40,000 nucleotides of DNA, taken from NCBI RefSeq assembly GCF_045689965.1, contig NZ_CP144211.1, forward strand, positions 613,287 through 653,286. The letters run 5' to 3'. Under the pieces are notes generated by a model, which worked only from the letters and a program-made list of their open reading frames with translations, ran no database searches and was not told the DNA's origin. The DNA comes from Desulfosporosinus paludis. Its GTDB lineage: Bacteria > Bacillota > Desulfitobacteriia > Desulfitobacteriales > Desulfitobacteriaceae. Below, piece by piece: positions 34,118 through 40,000 of the stretch (positions are counted from its first letter, which is position 1; every line of letters starts with the position of its first letter). A program made the translations under genes and the position numbers.

Positions 34118-34384
34118 TTATGAGCCTGTTGTCTCGCTTCTAGGCATTAATAGATAATCTAACTTCTTTTCCATTCGGTTGATTGACGCAGTAAGACATC
34201 TCACATCTCGCTGTAAGTCAATCAACATTTTTGTTTGTAACAAGAGTTCTTTGCCTACCCAACTTTCGGGATTTACGATGACGGTTTCAATGTGTTTATG
34301 ATCATCAAAGACTTTTTGCATTGCGTTTATGGCATTTTGAGAGTCTCCGAAAATCTCTTTAAAATTTTTTTCCATCTTCCCCAT
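34118..34384 (-). CDS. Hypothetical early protein (85-88 aa)
   Basis: GAGGAG SD. Start at ATG 34384 or 34375. Confidence 0.5.
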   Translation of the reverse strand: MGKMEKNFKEIFGDSQNAINAMQKVFDDHKHIETVIVNPESWVGKELLLQTKMLIDLQRDVRCLTASINRMEKKLDYLLMPRSETTGS

Positions 34385-34446
34385 CTCCTCTCATAACCCG
34401 CTTTTTCACAAGCTAGGGCCCAATCGCTGGACTTTATTTAAAATAA

Positions 34447-34466
34447 AAGTTGCATTTACGAAACTT
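34447..34466. promoter_or_regulatory. Operator O3 (remote)
   Basis: AAGTTGC-ATTTAC-GAAACTT, the same dyad type as O1. Overlaps the cro stop codon. Confidence 0.55.
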
Positions 34467-34689
34467 TCTGACCGCGAAAAATATCCGTTGAGATATTCAA
34501 CTCATCACATATTATTTCGACCTCAGAATAAGTAAATTCGAGCGTACCATTGATTTTTTGGTTAACCGTGATGGGGCTGAGGTCCAATAGCTCTGCCAAG
34601 TATTTTTGCCTCAGACCTCTGTCGGCCAGCTCTCCCTTAAGCTTATTATATGGATAATGTTTCATCCTTTTGGGTGTTTGTTTCGACAT
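34456..34689 (-). CDS. cro: Cro-like XRE-family HTH regulator
   Basis: LRQKYLAELLDLSPITVNQKING HTH. First gene of the minus-strand early operon, divergent from cI. Confidence 0.8.
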   Translation of the reverse strand: MSKQTPKRMKHYPYNKLKGELADRGLRQKYLAELLDLSPITVNQKINGTLEFTYSEVEIICDELNISTDIFRGQKVS

Positions 34690-34706
34690 ATAATCACCTC
34701 CTTCGA

Positions 34707-34726
34707 AAGTTGCGTTGTCGTAACTT
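34707..34726. promoter_or_regulatory. Operator O1
   Basis: AAGTTGC-GTTGTC-GTAACTT imperfect dyad, between the cro -10 box and the cro SD. Confidence 0.6.
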
Positions 34727-34732
34727 AATTAA

Positions 34733-34761
34733 ATTATAGACATCGTGTATTTCATTGTCAA
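34733..34761 (-). promoter_or_regulatory. Early lytic promoter (cro)
   Basis: Minus strand reads TTGACA, 17 nt, TATAAT. This is a full consensus match. Confidence 0.8.
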
Positions 34762-34789
34762 CAACTTTTATTAATATAAATTTATATAA

Positions 34790-34809
34790 ATGTTGCAATA
34801 ACGAAATTA
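34790..34809. promoter_or_regulatory. Operator O2
   Basis: ATGTTGC-AATAAC-GAAATTA, a weaker dyad overlapping the cI -35 box. Confidence 0.45.
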
Positions 34810-34821
34810 TGCAAGTATAAT
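34793..34821 (+). promoter_or_regulatory. cI (lysogenic) promoter
   Basis: TTGCAA, 17 nt, TATAAT. Confidence 0.75.
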
Positions 34822-34858
34822 GAGTTAAAATATATTTTAATTTTTGAGGTGTTAGATA

Positions 34859-35500
34859 ATGCAACAATTCGGCGATCGTCTTTATACGCTTAGGAAAGAA
34901 GCAAACATGACTATAGATGAATTCGTAGATGTAATGAATAAGAGATTTCCAGAGGCAAAACTTAATAAATCGATAGTCTCAAGGTACGAAAATAATATCC
35001 ATCATCCCAAAAGGTTTTCTTTGGTCCAAGAGATTGCTGAATTCTACGGCGTAACAACGGACTATTTGATGGGTAGAACGGATAACCGGTATGAAAAGAT
35101 CGAGAACATGGATTCACTTAAAAAGATCCCTTTGCTTGGAACTATTGCCGCCGGATTTCCTATTCTCGCCCAAGAACATATAGAGGATTACGAATACGTA
35201 CCGGAAAAGTTGGGCATAGATTTCTGCCTCCGCGTGAAAGGTGACAGCATGATTAATGCCAGAATTCTTGATGGAGATATTGTATATATTCGACAGCAGC
35301 CAGATGTTGAGAACGGAGAGATCGCCGCAGTACTTATTGACGGAGAGGAGGCGACGCTTAAAAGAATCTATAAAAGTAATGGCTCCATAACACTCCATTT
35401 CGAAAATCCAAACTATACCGATATTGTATTTACCAAAAAGGACAGAAAGCAAATTTCCATCTTAGGTAAGGCCGTAAGATTTAACAGCGAGGTGAGGTAA
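34859..35500 (+). CDS. cI: CI-like repressor (XRE HTH plus S24 LexA-type autopeptidase)
   Basis: N-terminal HTH. C-terminal GDSM...LKR Ser/Lys dyad context (VKGDSMINARILDGD..ATLKRI). Confidence 0.9.
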   Translation: MQQFGDRLYTLRKEANMTIDEFVDVMNKRFPEAKLNKSIVSRYENNIHHPKRFSLVQEIAEFYGVTTDYLMGRTDNRYEKIENMDSLKKIPLLGTIAAGFPILAQEHIEDYEYVPEKLGIDFCLRVKGDSMINARILDGDIVYIRQQPDVENGEIAAVLIDGEEATLKRIYKSNGSITLHFENPNYTDIVFTKKDRKQISILGKAVRFNSEVR

Positions 35501-36613
35501 ATGGCTAGCATTAAAAAGCTTGATAACGGAAGCTATCAGGCTACTATTTACTTGGGGAGGGATGAGAATGGAAAAAAGATCAACAAATATGTAACAAGGT
35601 CAGGACTCAAAGAATGTAGATCAGCCGCAAGAAAAATAGAACAGGAACACGAAGAAGGAAAGTTAACTAATGTTGATAATATCCGAATAGCTGAATGGAT
35701 TAAGAATTGGATAGAAATCCACAAAAACAAATATAGCCCGAGCACAATTGTTCTGTACTCAGGCTATCTCAAAAATTACTATCGCCCATTTTTTAAACAG
35801 ATGAAATTTAAGGAACTAAAAGATATACACCTAAAGAAATTTGCGAATGAACTTCTTGGTAACCAATCAGCAACGAGTGTAAGGAGAATTCTTTCCTGCC
35901 TAAGGCCGATCTTTTACGACGCTTTAAAGGGTAAAACCCCATTCCAAGATCTTAAATTGCCTAAAGAGGAGAAAGTAGATTATTCAGACGTTCCCACTCC
36001 CGAGGTATTCAAGAAGATCCACGATGCTACCAAGGGGACACGAGACGAGCCTATTATTCTCCTTGCAGCCTGGTGTGGTCTTAGGAGAGAAGAAATATTC
36101 GCTCTAAGACAAAATGATATCGACACTAAAAACAACACAATCAGAGTCGATGAAGCTTACGTTATTAATGATCAAGGTAAATATCAGATCAAGAGTACAA
36201 AATCGGAAAATGGGTTGCGTGAAGTAGCAGCTCCTCCTTATCTCATAAACCTCATAAAAGGAGTTATGCAGAATGGATTTGCAAAACGGAAAAAGAAGCA
36301 GAAGGTCGTCGTAGAAATAGCAAACAAGAAAAATAAGGGCGATCAGTTTATATTCCCAATGCGCCCTGACAGTTATTCCAGTTATCTTGCTAAACTTGTT
36401 AAAGAAAAGAAAATGCCGAAGACTCGTTTGCACTTTCTTCGGCATTATCATGCGACTTGGCTGTATGAAAATGATGTACCAGATCATTTATCAGCCGAGC
36501 GCCTGGGACACGATATTAGAGTTTTGAAAGAAGTTTACCAGCATCTTGGTGTTCAGAAGAAAGAAAAAATCAATAGAAAAATTATAGAACTCCAGCAAGA
36601 AGAAATCCAGTAA
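35501..36613 (+). CDS. int: Tyrosine integrase
   Basis: SAM-like N-domain. C-terminal LRHYHATWL...GH....Y catalytic motif block. Confidence 0.9.
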   Translation: MASIKKLDNGSYQATIYLGRDENGKKINKYVTRSGLKECRSAARKIEQEHEEGKLTNVDNIRIAEWIKNWIEIHKNKYSPSTIVLYSGYLKNYYRPFFKQMKFKELKDIHLKKFANELLGNQSATSVRRILSCLRPIFYDALKGKTPFQDLKLPKEEKVDYSDVPTPEVFKKIHDATKGTRDEPIILLAAWCGLRREEIFALRQNDIDTKNNTIRVDEAYVINDQGKYQIKSTKSENGLREVAAPPYLINLIKGVMQNGFAKRKKKQKVVVEIANKKNKGDQFIFPMRPDSYSSYLAKLVKEKKMPKTRLHFLRHYHATWLYENDVPDHLSAERLGHDIRVLKEVYQHLGVQKKEKINRKIIELQQEEIQ

Positions 36614-36633
36614 ACGTTCAGATATGCAAAACG

Positions 36634-36664
36634 AGACCATGTTTTTCATGGTCTTTTATTTTTT
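36634..36664 (+). terminator. Intrinsic terminator after int
   Basis: AGACCATG-TTTTT-CATGGTCT followed by TTTATTTTTT. Confidence 0.75.
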
Positions 36665-36684
36665 GGTAGGTATTTGGTAGGTAT
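36663..36684. repeat. Tandem 11-bp repeat TTGGTAGGTAT x2, with an inverted near-copy at 36698-36710
   Basis: Read directly. Lies between int and the tRNA, so these are candidate arm-type Int binding sites. Confidence 0.7.
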
Positions 36685-36732
36685 TAGCTATTTTTGCAAC
36701 CTACCCAAAAACCGTCAAACAATTGATTTAAT

Positions 36733-36809
36733 TGGTCGGAGCGACACGATTTGAACGTGCGACCTCTACCACCCCAAGGTAGCGCTCTACCAAGCTGAGC
36801 CACGCCCCG
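36733..36809 (-). tRNA. trnP: tRNA-Pro (anticodon GGG), CCA encoded
   Basis: 77-nt cloverleaf folded by hand: acceptor CGGGGCG/CGCTCCG, anticodon stem CTACC/GGTAG with loop TTGGGGT, T-arm GGTCGCACGTTCAAATCGTGTC. Confidence 0.9.
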
Positions 36810-36953
36810 ATATTTCCTTCACGTGAAGGACTTTTATAAGATACCATATTAGAAGTAAAAACGCAACCACAAATTTATCCATTTTGCTATGAGGGCCAAA
36901 TTCTACTCTGATTTTTGCCATTATCGGGTCTTTATCTGATCTCAGATCTATCT

Positions 36954-37430
36954 TTAGGTTTGTCCAATAACTTCTATCTTTCTTACGCCGTTGATATTGC
37001 CGAGTCCGCTTAACAGGTTTTCAGGAGTATCGGCCATGCCGGCTGTTTCCACAGAAATTGAAACATTGGCGATTCCTTGAAGGGGTATCCCTTGATTAAT
37101 GGTCAAGACATTTACTTTTACTGAGGCAATAAAGTTCAGGACATGAGAAAGTACGCCAGCTTTGTTTTCCAGGATCAGAGAAATCGTCAAGATCCTTTCG
37201 CGGCTGGCCTCATAAAAAGGAAACACGCCATCCTTATATTTATAGTAGGCGCTGCGGCTTAAACCTACCCTTTCCACTGCGTCATTAATCGTGTAGACAT
37301 CTCCTTTAACAAGGAGTTCTTTCGCCTTAGCTGTCTTTAAAATGGCTTCCGGCAAAATGTCTTTGCTGACAATTAAAAAATCGTTAGTCTTGCCAACCAC
37401 CCAATCTCTCCTATCTATCTCAACGATCAT
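36954..37430 (-). CDS. ACT domain protein (UPF0735/PheB-like)
   Basis: 158 aa. N-terminal HTH-like segment (INDAVERVGLSRSAYYKYKD) and C-terminal ACT-like segment (ISLILENKAGVLSHVLN). Confidence 0.75.
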   Translation of the reverse strand: MIVEIDRRDWVVGKTNDFLIVSKDILPEAILKTAKAKELLVKGDVYTINDAVERVGLSRSAYYKYKDGVFPFYEASRERILTISLILENKAGVLSHVLNFIASVKVNVLTINQGIPLQGIANVSISVETAGMADTPENLLSGLGNINGVRKIEVIGQT

Positions 37431-37500
37431 TGCCTAATCTTCAGACATATTATAAGCTAATTCGTACAATGTTTGCAAGAATTCGAACAGATTATCGCTT

Positions 37501-38358
37501 TTACTGGCCTTTGAAAGTAGGTTTGCGTTTTTCATTAATTGCAGCGAGCCCTTCCTGGTGATCCGACATTTCGGTAACGATAGCCATTTGGGAAGAAATC
37601 AGATCTAAGGCTGTCCGTAAGTCATTCGTACGTTGTCCTGAATAAACTGCTCGTTTAATCATTTGCACGCAAACCGGAGGGGAGTCGGCTATTTTCCCAG
37701 CCATTTCTAGGGTAGCTTGTTCTAACATTGGAGCTGGAACAACTTTGTTAACGAGCCCAATTTTCTCCGACTCAGCGGCAGAGATAAAATCCCCGGTCCA
37801 TAAGAGCTCTAAGGCCTTCGCTGCGCCTACCAATCGAGGCAAATAAAAAGCTCCGCCATCGCCCGGAACAAGGCCAACCTTTACGTAGCCTGCGGAAAGC
37901 TGAGCGTCATCTGCGGCTATCCGAATATCACACATTAAAGCCATATCAAGCCCTGCACCCACAGCAAGCCCATTGATGCCACATATAACCGGCTTATCCA
38001 TCATTTCCAGTGTGAGGGCGATCTTATGTATATGTTCTGTCAGGGCACGTTTGCGGTGGATTGCTTTGTCGCCCCATAGATCACCTTGATCATCACAGCC
38101 CACAAAGCCTTTGCCCTCCAGCATAGTTTTGATATCTCCACCTGCAGAGAAGGCCTTACCTTTCGCAGTAACTACGATAACCCTTATCGTTTGATCCTGC
38201 TGAGCATCTTGAAGGGATTCTGCCCATTTGCGAATCATTGGTAAAGAAAAGGCATTATATTTCTGGGGTCTGTTCAGGATGATCCGAGCTAAAAAACCTT
38301 CTTTCAGGTAAATCAAATGGTCATTCTCTTGAAGTTCTTTGTTATCCATTTGTTGCAT
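37501..38358 (-). CDS. Enoyl-CoA hydratase/isomerase family protein
   Basis: Crotonase motifs FSAGGDI and GINGLAVGAGLDMALMCDIRIA. Confidence 0.9.
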   Translation of the reverse strand: MQQMDNKELQENDHLIYLKEGFLARIILNRPQKYNAFSLPMIRKWAESLQDAQQDQTIRVIVVTAKGKAFSAGGDIKTMLEGKGFVGCDDQGDLWGDKAIHRKRALTEHIHKIALTLEMMDKPVICGINGLAVGAGLDMALMCDIRIAADDAQLSAGYVKVGLVPGDGGAFYLPRLVGAAKALELLWTGDFISAAESEKIGLVNKVVPAPMLEQATLEMAGKIADSPPVCVQMIKRAVYSGQRTNDLRTALDLISSQMAIVTEMSDHQEGLAAINEKRKPTFKGQ

Positions 38359-38507
38359 CTCCTATATTTCATTCTTTTGCTTAAAAGACATTTGCCTTAA
38401 TACACAATATAACATCTGTTTTGAATTTTCAATATTATTCCTATACCTAGCCGACCGCAAGCGTCATATTTGTAAAGTCCAACCTGTCGAGCAGCAAACC
38501 CTGCCAT

Positions 38508-38553
38508 AGGAAAAGAGACGTTGGATACGCATTTAATGCGTTCCACCGTCTCT
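38508..38553 (-). terminator. Intrinsic terminator after spoIVA
   Basis: Minus strand reads AGAGACG..(ACGCATTAAATGCGT)..CGTCTCT followed by TTTTCC. Confidence 0.6.
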
Positions 38554-38621
38554 TATAAAGGACACTTTTATTGATTCATCTGTTGCCTTTTTGTTATTGG
38601 CCCTGTAGTTAACGATATCCT

Positions 38622-40000
38622 TTAGATGATAATACAGATAAGCCCTCCGTTGCCGTCATTAACAATCCGCTGCAGCGTATCCTGAAGTTTATGCTGAGCA
38701 TTTTCCGGCATCTTATAAAGTTTGTTTTGGATTCCTTCCCGTACTAAATCATGTAAGGATTTACCGAAGATATTGGAACCCCAAACTTTCTTAGGATCAC
38801 TTTCAAATTCATCGAGAATATACTTGACGAGCTCCTCGGCCTGTTTCTCAGTGCCAATTAAAGGGGTAATTTCAGTGGTTACGTCCGCTCTGATGATATG
38901 GAGTGAAGGAGCACTTGCCTTGAGCTTGATGCCATAATGTCCGCCTTGTTTGACCAGTTCCGGTTCTTCCAGGAACATTTCTTCCAGTTGAGGGGTCACA
39001 ACGCCATAGCCATTAACCCTGACCTCTTCGATGGCGACGGACATTTTATCCCATTCTCTTTTGGCTTTGCTATAGTCCTGAACAATCCGCAGCAAGGAAT
39101 GATCTCCTTCAATTTCGAGACCGGTCAACTCCTGCAGGACGGTTTTAAAGAGGCCTTCGACGGCGGTCATTTCAATATTGGCAACCCCAGTGCCTAAATT
39201 CATTTCCTTCAAAAGAACATCTTGAGCATATTGGCATTCCGTTAAAGCGTCTAAAGCTTGGTCAATATCCCGCAAACGCCGAACCCCTTCGATCGCTTTG
39301 CGGACAGTATCTTCGAAAGCCGCTCGCACAGGATGAGTGCTCTCAAGTTCTTCGACCCACTTGGGCAGATCAATATTTACTTCGGCCACCGGGAACTCAT
39401 AGAGCACTTCCTCAAGAATTTGCGTGATATCTTCTTGAGTCATTTCCAAGCAATTCACAGCGAGGACAGGTATGCTGTATTTTTCTTCAAGATCTCGGCA
39501 TAATTCCATGGTATTGTCAGAATAAGGGCGGTTTGTATTCATAAGTACCACAAATGGTTTGCCAAGTTGGCGAAGTTCGTAGATCACTCTCTCCTCAGCG
39601 TCTAAGTATGCATCCCGAGGGATATCGGTAATCGAACCATCTGTTGTGATGACTATCCCGATAGTAGCATGATCTGTAATTACTTTGCGTGTACCTACCT
39701 CAGCCGCTTCTTGGAAAGACATTGGTTCGTCACTCCAAGAGGTCTTCATCATCCGTGGTTCTTCACCGTCTTCAGCCTCATAGCCGAGAGCTCCCTCGAC
39801 ACCGTAGCCCACACAATCAACCAAGCGCACATTCATATGGATGGAGTCTTTTACTACGATTTCTACGGATTCTGAGGGGATAAATTTCGGTTCTGTCGTC
39901 GTGATCATTCTACCTGTCCCACTTTGAGGGAGCTCATCTTTGGCCCGTTCCCGTTCAAAGGCATCTTGAATGTTAGGCAGGACCAAAAGGTCCATGAAAC
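38622..40000 (-). CDS. spoIVA: Stage IV sporulation protein A (N-terminus beyond the window)
   Basis: ...FMDLLVLPNIQDAFERERAKDELPQSGTGRMITTTEPKFIP... matches SpoIVA. The frame stays open to position 40000. Confidence 0.9.
   Translation of the reverse strand, partial: FMDLLVLPNIQDAFERERAKDELPQSGTGRMITTTEPKFIPSESVEIVVKDSIHMNVRLVDCVGYGVEGALGYEAEDGEEPRMMKTSWSDEPMSFQEAAEVGTRKVITDHATIGIVITTDGSITDIPRDAYLDAEERVIYELRQLGKPFVVLMNTNRPYSDNTMELCRDLEEKYSIPVLAVNCLEMTQEDITQILEEVLYEFPVAEVNIDLPKWVEELESTHPVRAAFEDTVRKAIEGVRRLRDIDQALDALTECQYAQDVLLKEMNLGTGVANIEMTAVEGLFKTVLQELTGLEIEGDHSLLRIVQDYSKAKREWDKMSVAIEEVRVNGYGVVTPQLEEMFLEEPELVKQGGHYGIKLKASAPSLHIIRADVTTEITPLIGTEKQAEELVKYILDEFESDPKKVWGSNIFGKSLHDLVREGIQNKLYKMPENAQHKLQDTLQRIVNDGNGGLICIII

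Larger units (their letters stand above)
1..36732. mobile_element. Integrated temperate prophage (partial; left end outside window): Xkd/PBSX-type contractile tail, HK97-type head and packaging, early/replication genes, cro-cI switch, integrase
   Basis: Continuous phage gene order (tail, head, packaging, late regulator, replication/recombination, cro | cI, int), then tRNA-Pro and host sporulation/metabolic genes. Confidence 0.9.

Noticed and set aside
35114-36487. Antisense ORFs inside cI and int (35114-35452, 35548-35745, 36104-36487)
   Set aside because: They are fully embedded opposite well-supported genes, have no SD, and show AT-rich chance frames.
38622-39995. ATG at 39995 as the spoIVA start
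   Set aside because: The frame continues open to the window edge. The sequence at that point (..FMDLLVLPNI) corresponds to an internal part of SpoIVA, so the gene is simply cut by the window.

Overview
About 36.7 kb of this window (1-36732) is an integrated temperate prophage in a spore-forming Firmicute. Its left end lies outside the window. Lytic genes are almost all on the minus strand. From left to right: an Xkd/PBSX-type contractile-tail module (fibre, baseplate, tape measure, chaperone, tube, sheath), an HK97-type head module (connectors, capsid, protease, portal), packaging genes (TerL, TerS, HNH), a plus-strand hicAB cassette, a sigma-like late activator, and a block of small early genes. 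The early block includes a frameshifted DnaD-like replisome organiser, a frameshifted metallopeptidase, a large C5 DNA methyltransferase, and an MBL hydrolase / RecT / Rad50-like ATPase set. A divergent cro | cI switch and a tyrosine integrase (plus strand) close the element next to tRNA-Pro(GGG) at 36733-36809. Host genes follow: an ACT-domain protein, an enoyl-CoA hydratase and most of spoIVA, whose N-terminus lies beyond the window edge. No CRISPR array, rRNA or transposase was seen. I found no large novel multi-gene system. The points most worth a second look are listed here.
1. A self-contained promoter-gene-terminator moron sits between the tail chaperone and the tape measure.
2. The chaperone carries a canonical -1 frameshift signal.
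3. Two, possibly three, homopolymer frameshifts affect replication and recombination genes.
4. A helically phased iteron array lies inside the replisome-organiser gene.
5. hicAB and a 21-codon hydrophobic sORF unit lie in the late-operon leader.
6. Three coupled small genes, one of them Lar-like, lie between terL and the portal gene.
7. Two counter-oriented AT-rich small genes lie in the early operon.
8. The cI/cro switch has three operators.
9. The methyltransferase has four tandem TRD-like modules.
All family assignments are motif recognition from memory. No database search or structure prediction was run.
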